DNA from: Basidiobolus meristosporus CBS 931.73
Lineage: Eukaryota > Fungi > Basidiobolomycota
Direction of reading: 5' to 3'
Assembly (NCBI GenBank): GCA_002104905.1
Contig: MCFE01000786.1
Location: forward strand, 1-36,332
DNA length: 36,332 bases
The position numbers were made by a program, and so were the translations under genes. The notes beneath the pieces are model-generated. The model was not told the DNA's origin. It ran no database searches and worked only from the letters and a program-made list of their open reading frames with translations. The first letter of the stretch is position 1. Each line of letters begins with the position of its first letter. Of this stretch, positions 1-13,511 are shown one piece after another.

Positions 1-302
1 TAGGGGGTCATAGTACAGTCCAAAAGTCATATTCATAAGTAACCAATAGGAATTATTTCACAATGTGTAGATCAAAGTCAGTAGAACTCAAAAAGGAAAA
101 AAACCAACGAATCTTGGGCGAGCAATCTACAGTTGGTAAACTTACATATATTCCAAGAACTCGCAGAGTGATTTCAACATTTCTCTATCGTGTGCACTGT
201 TAGAGGCACTTTAGCACTGCAGTCACATATATATTTACCCCAGAACTTAAATTCTGTTAACCACTAAACCTCACATAGTTCCAATTCGGAACTTTTGTCA
301 CA

Positions 303-3300
303 ATGTTAAGTCTGGACACCATGACAATTGCAAAAACCCCACCACCTTGTATAGTTTCCTTAGAAGCCTATCTCAACTGTCTGAATAATCCAGCACTACT
401 CATATCGCACATCACTACACACTCGACACCTCCGAAATTCAATATACTCTACGCTAATAGCTATTTTCTCACACTATGCGGCTTGAGAAATTTTACCACC
501 ATTTCTAGCCAACTAAACGAACATATTGTCCCTGCAGACCAGGAAAAATTTCTCACCTGGCTTCAAAGAGTCAGCAAGAACGAAATATCTGATGAAGAAA
601 CCTGCACAATTCACATATATGGTGAGCACCCTGACTCGGAATCTACCGCGCAAAAAGGAAGGCCAAAGTGTAGATTGTCAAGTGAAAAAGTGAAGCTTGA
701 GTGGAGTGGAGTTAGTGTTAATAGCGAAGCAATAGTTCTGACAGGAGCAGTTATCGTCGAAGCAAAAAAGGGTAACGTGGCAGATGCGGAGGACTGTTTG
801 GTGGAAAAATCAGTTCAAGCTGAACATACAGAAGTCATAGAGCGTAAAGATACGAACTTGAAAGATGATTGGCAGAGCGTAGTAGAGGTAGGTTCAATGA
901 TACGTAACCTGTAATAGGCAAGCAGGTAAACATAGTAAACAACATCTAACATCCAAATCGTATTAAGCTAGGAAATCTTTTCACCGGTGGCGGTGCTACG
1001 GGAGAGCTCTTTCGTAACTATGATTGGAGCAATTCATTTCTAGGGCCAGTCACCAAATGGCCTCAATCCCTACTCACAGCCGTGTCATTATGCATAGCAT
1101 CTCCACTTCCTATGGCAGTATGGTGGGGACCACAGTTGACGATAATCTAGTAAGTTAAAGATAGCTAATTATATTTTTGGTGTTTGTCCAACTATTGCCA
1201 GCACCATTGTCGAGGATGTTTGGACTAATAAGGAGATCAATGTAGCAATGACGGATATTGTGGTGTCGCAGGACAAAAGCATCCAGCCATGTTTGGGAAA
1301 GAAGGACCAGTACATTGGGAGGAACTTTGGGAGGGCATAAGGCCGTTTGCAGAGCAAGCAATGCAAGGAAAAAACTCATACGTGGAAGACGATTTGTTGC
1401 TCATGACGAGGAGAGGGTATCTCGAGGAGACGTACATCACGGTAAGTGGGTGTGATGAGGTGAATCGAGGAGAGGGAGGGAGGGAAGAGACACAATACTA
1501 ACTAAATTGGTACTAGTGGTCATTTATACCGATAAGGCAGGAGGATGGCACGGTGGGTGGACTGCTCAATCCGTACATTGAAGTGACAGAGAGAATACTA
1601 GCCGAACGGAGGTTGAAAACACTCAGAGATATAAATGCTGAAACTAACGTTGCCAAAGATGCCAGGGAAGTATTTGAATCCATTGGAAAAGTACTTTCAG
1701 AGAATCCGTATGACATACCATTTGCGGCACTTTATACACACATCCTCCTAGACGATGAAGAAATGGAGGAATCCTATGACTCTGAGAGCAATGTCACGGC
1801 TAAATCGGAGTCCTTACATTTATCACAAACAGTTGGAATGCCAGAAGAACATCCATCAATGTTCCCTATCATTAGACTTACACCATCGTTCGAAGCCAAT
1901 GTCCTTCAAGACGCTGTGAGGCTTGCATACGAAAGCAAGCAAAGCGTGAAGATCGAGCTGGGTGAATGGTTTGGAGAAGTACCCATTCGCGGATGGGACA
2001 CCGCAACGACACAAGCAATAGTAAGTCCGATCATGGGGAACAACAAGGACGGAGTGATGGGAGTTCTAGTAATCGGACTCAATGCAAGACGAGAGTATGA
2101 TGAAAGTTATGAGACATTTGTCGAGCTCGTTTGTCGGCAAACAGGATCAGCCATCATCAACATCAGTGCATACGAGGAAGAGGTTCGGAGATTCAAGGAG
2201 TTGGCGGCAATTGACCGAGCCAAGACAGCATTCTTCAGCTCAGTTTCACACGAGCTCCGCACACCGCTGACCTTGATCTTGGGGCCAGTGAAAGACATGC
2301 TGTTGGAAAAAGACCTTGCCTCAGAGACGAGGTCAAAGATTGTCTATATGCATCGCAATGCGGAACGGTTGTTGCGACTAGTGAATCTACTGTTGGACTT
2401 CAGCAAAATCGAAGCAGGAAAGATGCAGGTAAGTGCCAGATATGTTCTTGAGACGGGAGTGAGGTGAATGAATGAGTGAGTACTAACGTGGAAACATGAT
2501 CATGTTGTAGGCCACTTTTCAAGAAACAAATCTGGGCAAGTTCACGGCCGACCTGGCGAGCATGTTCCGATCGGCGATCGAGAAAGGAGGAGTCCGGTTT
2601 GAGGTGGACTGTGAGAGGATGGAAAGGAATGTATGGGTTGACAGGGACATGTGGGAGAAGATCGTGTTCAACCTGATTGGGAATGCATTCAAATTCACGA
2701 TGAAAGGGTCGATCACAGTGAAGCTGGCATCATCTGAGGATGACAGGCAAGCGATACTGTCGGTGGCAGACACTGGGGATGGGATCCCGAGCCATGAGAT
2801 TATGCGAGTGTTTGAGCGGTTCCACCGAGTCGAAGGACGAAAAGGGCGCAGCCACGAAGGGACAGGAATTGGGCTTGCACTGACCCAAGAGCTCGCCAAG
2901 TTGCACGGTGGTACAGTTGGAGTGACCAGTGAGTTTGGTAAAGGAAGCATATTTACTGTGCATATTCCACTCGGGTGTGGCCATCTGCCCAGTGATCGGC
3001 TGGTCGAGCCTTGTCCTGCTGGAGAGGAAGAGCCACAGATGGAGCATCATTGTACATATGGACGATCATTTGTTGAAGAAGCGCGACACTGGCTTCCGAT
3101 GTCAGAGGAGGAGACGACCGAATATTACTCGAACACATCAAGTACCGATTCAAATGCCGGTGGTTCAGTCAATTTTCCAGTTGTCAGCCGTGGTTGTCGC
3201 GTACTACTTGCAGACGACAATGTGGACATGAGAAAGTACATCAAGAGCATCCTGGAGAAATGGTGGAGAGTGACCGAGGCAGAGGATGGAGAGCAAGCAT

Positions 3301-6139
3301 ACCAGATGGCAATTGCAGACCCACCAGATCTGATTGTGAGTGATGTGATGATGCCTAACCTCGATGGATATGGTCTGTTGAAGCTACTTCGAACTCAGCC
3401 TCTCACCAAATTCGTCCCAGTGATTCTGCTGAGTGCACAAGCTGGTGAGGAGGCACGAGTGGATGGGCTGAGTGCCGGGGCGGATGACTACCTTGTGAAG
3501 CCATTCAGTGCGAAGGAGCTGGTTGCCAGAGTGCATACCCATCTGGAACTCGGGAAGCTGAGGGTTGAACTAGAGAGGATGGTGAAAGATCGAACCCAAG
3601 AATTAATTGCGAGTGAAATGAGATATAAAATGCTTGCGAAGTTAAGTCCTGTTGGAATATTTAGACTAGATATCAAAGTAAGTACCCCGCCATATTATAT
3701 ATCTTGAATGATTACGTGCCAATTTTACTTCACCGACATTAATGAATTGTTATGTAAATAGGGCAATGTAACGTACACGAATGACAAGTGGTGGTGTATA
3801 TCAGGTCATAACCGAGATGTGGATCCCACTGCTGCCAACTTTTTGACGAGTGTTCATCCTGAAGATCGTGATCGAGCTGATAAATTATGGAAGGAAGCAA
3901 TTGAGCAATTCACACATTCAATAGTTGAATTTCGATGGAAACGCGCCAATGGAGAATCGCGTTGGTGTGTTTGTAAGTAGTTATTCAAATTGAACCTTAC
4001 TTCAACAATGACTCAATGCCATCTGCGTCTCTACTTAGGCGAAATGATAGTACAATACGATGAGGACATGAAACCATGCGGCTTTGTTGGTGCCATCACT
4101 GACCTAACCGAACGAAAGTTACTGGAACAAGAGCGTCTTTCTGCTGTCAGACTTGCAGAACAGCAACAACGGCATCGTGCCGAAGAAGCTGAGGAGGTGA
4201 AGAGGCAGCAGGAGCTGTATATTGATATGACCTGCCATGAGCTGCGCAATCCTCTCAACGGAATCTACCACAGTGCAGACCTGCTGCACGAATCACTGGA
4301 GAAAGTGCAGAAAGAGGTGCGTAAGGAAAGCATCGCGAAAGTGGCCAACTGGCTGGAGAAAGAGATTGAGGATGATCTGGATGTTGTTGATACGATCACC
4401 CTCTGTGCTCAGCACCAAAAGGTAGGGTTCTATTCTATGGATGAGGATGGCGACGATAGCACCAGAATGAGCACAAGAATGTGAGACCGGAGGTTAACAT
4501 GATTTCATTTGTATGAATAGAAAATTGCAGATGATGTGCTACACATGTCGAAGATCAACATGAATCTGCTGGTACTGTCGAAGACCAAGCTACGTCCTGT
4601 TGAGGTTGTCACGAATGTGATTCGAATGTTCGAGACCGAGGTGCGCCTTAAGAGGATAGATCTGCGGCTCGTTGTAGCTGAAGGGTACACTCACATGAAG
4701 GTGGACTGGGTGAAGGGGGATCCCACACGGTTCACACAGATATTGTAAGTAGACATATACAGTATCATTTGACGATTGGCTAATGTATTTCGCTTCGACT
4801 TATGCCAGAATCAATTTCCTTACAAATGCAATTCGGTTCACAGAGAAGGTGCCCTTTAGACAAGTAACAGTAACACTCGATGCATCTGATCGAGTACCCT
4901 CACAGTCAGCTATTGAGTTATCAAATAATGAAAAGGTGCTACAATTAACCGGAACGGCAACAAATGCCAGCGATGGGTGCACTACCAGCCCATTGGGTAA
5001 AGATCTAGATGAATGCGAATCTCCAACTTTGGGATTAGACGCAATCGACTTTGGAATGGAATGTGTTGGAGGCGAAGGTGCAGATAGACCAACTGCTGCA
5101 CACCCCGATGCAGTATACATTGCAGTTGCTATCAAGGACAGTGGGGTTGGAATGACCATTGAAGAGCAAGCTAACCTATTCCAACGATTTGCCCAAGCCA
5201 ACCCTCGAACATATGCCGAGTTTGGAGGAAGTGGACTAGGACTGTTCATCAGCAAGCGATTGGTGGAGCTGCATGATGGCAAGATCACTGTGAGATCGAA
5301 GAAAGGTGATGGTACAACATTCACTTTCTACCTGAAGTGCGATCGGGTGGATGTCATTGGCGAAGGAATATCTGAAGGACATGTTATAGCGGAAAACGAC
5401 CCTAATCTATTGGAATTCATGTATACTGAACCTCACAAACCTCCAGTGGATAATCTATCCACTTCACAGGGCAATAAGGATAAGCCAAAGAAGAGGCCCA
5501 TTGTTACCAAAACAAAAACGAAATTTTCGAAGGTCAAGGATGAGAACCTAGTCTATGCGAAGGAGAAGCTAGAATCCTCTGTGTGGGTCCAATCGGATGA
5601 TATGCAAAATTGTCCAACACCTGGGTTAGAACGTAATCGTAAAGCCACTTCAAGTGAATTACCCACCACACTAAGCAACAGTGTACTAGTTGTGGAGGAC
5701 AATCTTATCAACCAACGAGTGCTCAAACGACAACTGGAGCTAGCGGGATTCTCGGTTGGGGTGGCCAAACATGGCGCTGAAGCGTTAGAGGTGATGAGTA
5801 AGGTCAGCTATCACCTGATCCTAATGGTAAGTCATCCCCTTGAGAAGTGTGAGGCTATTTCATGTAATCAACGATGATTGACCGGAATGGGTTCGATTTG
5901 TGTAGGATCTGGAGATGCCAGTGATGGGTGGACTGGAATGCACGCAGCGGATCCGAGAGCTTGAGAAATCCGCGGGAGAGCAGCAAGTTCCGATTATCGG
6001 AGTGTCAGGGAATGCGCGGGAAGAGTACAGGCGCCTTGCCCTAGCATCAGGAATGACGGACTACGTTATCAAGCCATACGACAAGCAAGCGCTCATCAGC
6101 CTCATCAACTCATTCTTAGCTAGCATAGTGCCTATCTGA
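303..6139 (+). CDS. Dual hybrid histidine kinase, copy 1 (~1703 aa, 10 exons: 303-887, 968-1149, 1246-1441, 1517-2428, 2511-3677, 3762-3972, 4039-4421, 4521-4744, 4809-5826, 5906-6139)
   Basis: GT..AG introns with CTAAC-like branch sites; exons sum to 5112 nt in frame. HK1 H-box FFSSVSHELRTP, N-box NLIGNAFKFT, DTGDG, GTGIGL; REC1 LLADDN/VSDVMMP/KPF; HK2 H-box DMTCHELRNP, NFLTNAIRFT, DSGVG, GGSGLGL; REC2 VVEDN/LMDLEMP/KPY. Two transmitters plus two receivers is the architecture known for fungal dual HKs such as Cryptococcus Tco2. Confidence 0.92.
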
Positions 6140-7494
6140 ATTGCATCTGCATTGTACCATGTATATAGCATATACTAGATTGTCAAATATTTATGGCTCA
6201 ACCCATGAATAAACAAGGAGATGAATTATTGGAATGCCCTGTTCACTAGCAAGATCTCATACATTCGGGATTACAACCCAAGATTTCATGAAAATCATCA
6301 GGTCATTTGCACAATTCTGCAACAAATCAATCGAAATCAAAATATGTCTTCAATCAGTTGGTTTTTTACCCGCAAACAAATCATAAACCTGTAAATCATT
6401 CAGATGATGAGTAGATTGAGATTGCTATATAAATTTTTCAGCAACCACTATTAACATGGTGAATCAATGCACCCCTATCATACGCATTTTCTCCATGTGG
6501 GCGTTTGCACATTCTACATCCTTACTGAGCGAGTTTCCCTCTTGGAGTTCAGTGTCGATTATTCAATCCTGAATCATCTCAGTGACAATGTTGTTTAGTA
6601 CTGGTTCAAACATTGTTTACCAGACATGCGGTATTTGTCTAGGGTATCAAGTGTTTCCAAGAACCAGCAAACGAACCGAATGGCATGTTGAGTACTGGTA
6701 TATTAGCCTGCTTCCTTGCTTCAGTGCATGCCGACCTGGTAAAATGGGGACTTGATTCGAGATTGGTGTACCAAATAGGAAAGCAGAGTTCTTGGGGTTC
6801 AACAAGTGTAAGGTGACATGAGAATATAGATGGACTCTGCGGAGGATGAGTACTGGACAGCAAGTATGTGTTAGTGCATGCCGTTACGATAAGCAATTGA
6901 ACGAAACATATGCCTCGAAAGGTCCTTCTTTCGCGCAGCAGGCTGTTCATTTCACTGAGATATTATAAACCAGTTTGATGTTACATGAGTTTCGAGTTTA
7001 CTGTCTCAGTGAACTAGTTCAGTATTTCCCAATTAGGATCACTAATATACATCGAAATATGGTTGCCGATTGATATCACTCTCAAGCTAGAATTATTGAA
7101 ACGAATATAAAATTCCTATCATCATCGGCGTTTCTATCCATCACATATGATCTACCAAATCTACGGTAGCCCCATGAATCTTGCCCAGAAGGAATATTTG
7201 TGGTTCACTCTCTAAATTGAAGTTGGGATCAGTTACTACTCCAGGGAATACCCGCAGAAACATCCATATTGAGTAATGAGGTTATTATCTAATCAACTGA
7301 ATTGGGTACTCCCTCCATATAAGCTTCATTCATCAGCGTCTCTACAGTATTGGTTTCATCCGTGTCAGAGTACAATTTCGTCGCTATTTCCATTAGTTCT
7401 CTCAAAGAGTTGAGTAGTATATAAATTCATAGAAGACCAGTATTAATACCTATCAATATATTATCTATATTCCCGTCCAGAACTCTGCAACACG

Positions 7495-10400
7495 ATGCTC
7501 AGCCTGGACATATTGACGATTCCCGCAACCCCTCTACCTTGCGCTATGACACTTGAAGAATATCTCAACTGCCTGAACAGGCCTGCACTGCTTCTGAGCT
7601 ATACCCCCTCAGACACTACAGTCCTGCCTCCCGCTGTTACCTTACTCTACGCTAATGACTACTTTTTGACTTTGTGTGGTGCAAAAAATGTGACGATGTT
7701 ATCCGACCGACTAAAAGTACTCCTGACCCCCACAGATCAAACACATTTCCTTACCTGGCTTGAGAGAGTGAACTCCAACGAACTCTCTGACAGAGACCCC
7801 TGCAGCATACACATATCCGGAAAGCCACCGGACCTTACGCCTGACACAAAAAATACCAAACAGAAGAGCGAAAAGATACAGGCGGAGGTGAGGCTCGAGT
7901 GGACTGGGGTCAACATTCGTAACGAAGCGATTGTCTTGACGGCAACGGTTGTTGCTAAGAGTGGACAGGAAGTCACAAAAACAGCGGAGGAGGTTGGTTT
8001 GAGTAAAAAATTGACGGAACGAAACCCTACCGAAATCAGTGCGGATAAGGAGGATGATTGGCAGAGAGTACCACAGGTAGGTTCAGCATTTCAATCATGG
8101 GTTGCTCGCCATGAGTGAGTTGATATGTGTGAGGTAGACCGCTAACCATCAACCTTTCATGAAGCTGACAAGCACTCTCTCAGGTGGAGGAGCCATGGGG
8201 GAGATGCTACGTAACTACGATTGGAGCAATTCATCGTTGGGTCCGGTCACCAAGTGGCCCCAGTCCCTGCTCTCAGCAGTGTCGTTGTGCATGGCATCCA
8301 CACTTCCTATGGCGGTGTGGTGGGGACCACGATTCACGATCATCTAGTAAGTAGAGGTCAACCAAACACATTGGTGTGGTGGTTGCTGACCATGCGTGGC
8401 CGTCACCACCACCACTAGTGATCAGAGATGGACTAACAGCAAGATTTCGTGTAGCAATGATGGGTACTGTGGTGCAGCAGGCCAAAAACACCCCGCGATG
8501 TTTGGGCAAGAAGGCCCGGTGCACTGGGAAGAGCTTTGGGAGGGCATAGGACCATCGGCAGAACTAGCAATGCAGGGGACAAACTCATACGTGGAGGATG
8601 ATTTGCTACTTATGACCAGGCGAGGGTATCTCGAGGAGACGTACATTACGGTGAGTAAGGGTGATGAGCCGAATGAGTGGGAGAGAGGGAGAGATAATTT
8701 TCAAGTGGTACTAAACGAAGTGAATCTAGTGGTCATACATACCGATCAGACAGGAGGACGGCACAGTGGGGGGATTCCTCAACCCATACATTGAGGTGAC
8801 CGAGCGAATCCTTGCCGAGCGTAGGCTCAAGACACTCCGAGATTTCAGTTCTGAGATCAACCTGGCCAAAGACACCAGGGAGGTGTTCGACTCGATAGGA
8901 AAAGTACTTTCGGAGAACCCGTACGACATCCCATTCGCCGCACTCTACACACACATGACCCCAAATAAGGATGTGATTGAAGAGTCTTACGACGACGTGA
9001 GCAGCAGCACCAACACCAAGTCGGACTCATTATACCTCATTCAGACGGTGGGAATACCCGAGGATCATCCCTCCGTATTCTCTACCATTAGACTTTCACC
9101 ATCATTCCAAGCCAGTACTGTTCAGGAAGCAATGAGACTTGCATACGAAAGCAAGAAAATAGTGAAAATCAAGTTGGGCGAATGGTTTGGGGAGGTGCCA
9201 ATTCGCGGATGGGACACCGCGGCCAGGGAATTGATAGCAAGTCCAATCATGGGGAACAACAAGGATGGAGTGCTAGGGGTGTTGGTGATGGGACTCAATG
9301 CCAGATCTGAGTACGATGAGAACTACGAGACGTTTGTTGATCTCGTTTGTCGGCAAACAGGATCAGCCATCATCAACATCAGTGCATACGAGGAAGAGGT
9401 TCGGAGATTCAAGGAGTTGGCGGCGATTGACCGAGCCAAGACAGCATTCTTCAGCTCAGTTTCACACGAGCTCCGCACACCACTAACCTTGATCTTGGGG
9501 CCAGTGAAAGACATGCTGTCGGAGAAGGACCTGGTGCCGGAGACGAAGACCAAGCTCACGTACATGAACCGGAATGCAGAGCGGCTACTGCGACTAGTGA
9601 ATCTACTGTTGGACTTCAGCAAAATCGAAGCAGGAAGGATGCAGGTAAGTGACAGATCTGACTATAAAGCTGTAGTCAGGTGGATGAATGGATTGTGCTT
9701 GAGAGAGTGAGTGAGTAAATGTGTACTAACGTGGAAACATGATCATGTTGTAGGCCACTTTCCAAGAAACAAATCTAGGCAAGTTCACGGCCGACCTGGC
9801 GAGCATGTTCCGATCGGCGATCGAGAAAGGAGGAGTCCAGTTTGAGGTGGACTGTGAGAGGATGGAAAGGAATGTATGGGTTGACAGGGACATGTGGGAG
9901 AAGATCGTGTTCAACCTGATTGGGAATGCATTCAAATTCACGATGAAAGGGTCGATCACAGTGAAGCTGGCATCATCTGAGGATGACAGGCAAGCGATAC
10001 TGTCGGTGGCAGACACTGGGGATGGGATCCCGAGCCATGAGATTATGCGAGTGTTTGAGCGGTTCCACCGAGTCGAAGGACGAAAAGGACGCAGCCACGA
10101 AGGGACAGGAATTGGGCTTGCACTGACCCAAGAGCTCGCCAAGTTGCACGGTGGTACAGTTGGAGTGACCAGTGAGTTTGGTAAAGGAAGGTGAGTGAGA
10201 TTTAGCACTTTGGACGAGTGGCTCGTGGGATCCAAAGTGAGATGACTGTTGGAGAGGAGTAGCTAACAAGGAGCTGATTCATATTTCTTTAGTACGTTTA
10301 CAGTCCACATTCCACTTGGATGCAGCCATTTATCCCAGGACCGGTTGATTGAAACCTCAGAAGTAAATGACAATGAGGTTGAAGTGGACATGCCAAGTCG

Positions 10401-13400
10401 GTATGGACGATCATTTGTTGAAGAAGCGCGAAACTGGCTTCCGTCATCAGATGAGGACAGCACCGAGTATCACTCGAACACATCAAGTACTGATTCAAAT
10501 GCCGGTGGGTCAATCACCTTCCCAGTCGTCAGCCGTGGTTGTCGCGTACTACTCGCAGACGACAATGTGGACATGAGAAAGTACATCAAGAGCATCCTGG
10601 AGAAATGGTGGAGAGTGACCGAGGCAGAGGATGGAGAGCAAGCATACCAGATGGCAATTGCAGACCCACCAGATCTGATTGTGAGTGATGTGATGATGCC
10701 TAACCTCGATGGATATGGTCTGTTGAAGCTACTTCGAACTCAGCCTCTCACCAAATTCGTCCCGTTGATATTGCTGAGTGCACAAGCTGGTGAGGAGGCA
10801 CGAGTGGATGGGCTGAGTGCCGGGGCGGATGACTACCTTGTGAAGCCATTCAGTGCGAAGGAGCTGGTTGCCAGAGTGCATACCCATCTGGAACTCGGGA
10901 AGCTGAGGGTTGAACTAGAGAGGATGGTGAAGGAAAGAACCAAGGAGCTGATTGCCAGTGAAGCCAGATACAAGACTCTCACTAAGCTTAGTCCTGTCGG
11001 GATATTCAGAACAGATTTGGAGGTAAGTGTTTTGCCAGAAGTAAGGAACTGGGGCTTGCTCCATCTTGTTTCCACAACGTGTGCTTTGATATTTGAGCCT
11101 AGTACTAACTTCTGGATTGAACATTGCAGGGGAATGTAACGTACACAAATGACAAGTGGTGGAGCATCTCGGGTCACAATCGGGAGATGGATCCATCAGC
11201 TGCTGACTTCATGTCAAGCATTCACCCGGACGATTTTGAGTTTGTTAGCCGAACATGGAAAGAGTCGCAACGAGCTCAGACAGGCTCTGCTGTTGAGTTC
11301 AGATGGAAGTGGGCCAATGGTGATACCCACTGGTGCTTTAGTATGTGTTGATCTGGTTGTTTACTACATATGAAGCATACTTTATTAACTTGTTTACATT
11401 TTCCAGGTGAAATGATTGTTGAATACGACAATGAGATGAGGCCATGCGGTTTCGTTGGTGCACTTACGGATCTCACTGAGCGCAAGATGCTGGAACAAGA
11501 GCGCCTTTCTGCTGTCAGACTTGCAGAACAGCAACAACGGCATCGTGCCGAAGAAGCTGAGGAGGTGAAGAGGCAGCAGGAGCTGTATATTGATATGACC
11601 TGCCATGAGCTGCGCAATCCTCTCAACGGAATCTACCACAGTGCAGACCTGCTGCACGAATCACTGGAGAAAGTGCAGAAAGAGGTGCGTAAGGAAAGCA
11701 TCGCGAAAGTGGCCAACTGGCTGGAGAAAGAGATTGAGGATGATCTGGATGTTGTTGATACGATCACCCTCTGTGCTCAGCACCAAAAGGTAAGGGCATG
11801 TTATATGGACAGAAATGGTGATTGGGTCGAGAGTAGCTTCGATCCGCCTTGGTATTCAAGATGAGTTACTTGATTGTTATTCACCTTGCATTTAACAGAA
11901 AATTGCAGATGATGTACTACACATGTCGAAGATCAACATGAAACTGCTGGTACTGTCGAAGACCAAGCTACGTCCTGTTGAGGTTGTCACGAATGTGATT
12001 CGAATGTTCGAGACCGAGGTGCGTCTGAAGGAGATAGATCTGCGGCTCATTGTAGCTGAAGGGTACACTCGCTTGAAGGTGGACTGGGTGAAGGGGGATC
12101 CCACACGGTTCACACAGATATTGTTAGTATTTAAAAATTAAGGATCAAATTCATAGATTCTAATCCTTCTTTTTGACCTTTAGAATCAACTTTATTACGA
12201 ATGCGATTCGGTTCACGGAGAGGGTTCCATTTAGACAAGTGGTTGTCACACTCGATGCATCTGGTCGAGTACCCTCACAGCCAGTTATTGAGTCACCAGC
12301 TATGGAGACCGTGCGACAAACAGGTGATACGATTAGTGAGGACGATGTGGGCTGCAAGATCAACCATTCAACCAAGATTAAAGCTGAACGTGAATTACCA
12401 ATGGTTGGGTCCGATTCTGGGGATTGTGGGAAGGCGTATTTTGGAGCTGAAGGAAACAGACCAGCAGTCGCACACCCTGATGCTTTATACATTGCAGTCG
12501 CCATCAAGGATAGTGGAGTTGGGATGACAACTGATGAACAGGCGAACCTATTCAAGCGATTCGCCCAAGCCACCCCTCGAACATACGCCGAGTTTGGAGG
12601 AAGTGGACTAGGACTGTTCATCAGCAAGCGATTGGTGGAGCTGCATGATGGCAAGATCACTGTGAGATCGAAGAAAGGTGATGGTACAACATTCACTTTC
12701 TACCTGAAGTGTGATCGAGTGGATGATATCGAAGAAGGAAAAGCTGAAGCATGCGCAGGGGTCGGGAGTAGTCCTAATGCAGCGGAGATGATGTACACAG
12801 AGCCACACAAGCCACCGGTAAATAACCTACCGACCACTGAAGAGCAGAAGAGCAAGCCAAAGAAGAAGGCAACCGCACTCAAAGCAAAGAAGAAAGGCTC
12901 GAAGGCTCGAGATGAGAAGCTGGTCTGCACGAAGGAGAGACTGGATTCTTCGGTTTGGAGACGATCCAATGATATGGAATCGAACCCCCGAACTGGCTTG
13001 GAGAGCAAATGCCATACCAAATCTCAGGGTATATCGGTCGGAACCAGCTACAGCATTCTAGTTGTGGAGGACAATCTTATCAACCAACGAGTGCTCAAAC
13101 GACAACTGGAGCTAGCGGGATTCTCGGTTGGGGTGGCCAAACATGGTGCTGAAGCGCTAGAGGTGATGAGTAAGGTCAGCTATCACCTGATCCTAATGGT
13201 AAGTCATCCCCTTGAGAAGTGTGAGGCTATTTCATGTAATCAACGATGATTGACCGGAATGGGTTCGATTTGTGTAGGATCTGGAGATGCCAGTGATGGG
13301 TGGACTGGAATGCACGCAGCGGATCCGAGAGCTTGAGAAATCCGCGGGAGAGCAGCAAGTTCCGATTATCGGAGTGTCAGGGAATGCGCGGGAAGAGTAC

Positions 13401-13511
13401 AGGCGCCTTGCCCTAGCATCAGGAATGACGGACTACGTTATCAAGCCATACGACAAGCAAGCGCTCATCGACCTCATCAACTCATTTTTAGTTAGTGTGA
13501 GCCCTATTTGA
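7495..13511 (+). CDS. Dual hybrid histidine kinase, copy 2 (~1702 aa, 11 exons: 7495-8076, 8165-8346, 8455-8650, 8730-9644, 9754-10190, 10293-11022, 11130-11340, 11407-11789, 11899-12122, 12184-13198, 13278-13511)
   Basis: Same catalytic motifs as copy 1; exons sum to 5109 nt in frame; all splice sites GT-AG. Confidence 0.92.

Noticed and set aside
6685-6883. 30-codon ORF with a signal-peptide-like start (MLSTGILACFLASVHAD) and a bipartite direct repeat TGAGTACTGG...AGTGCATGCCG (6689/6847)
   Set aside because: Too short, no continuation or splice model found; could be chance or an unrecognisable relic.
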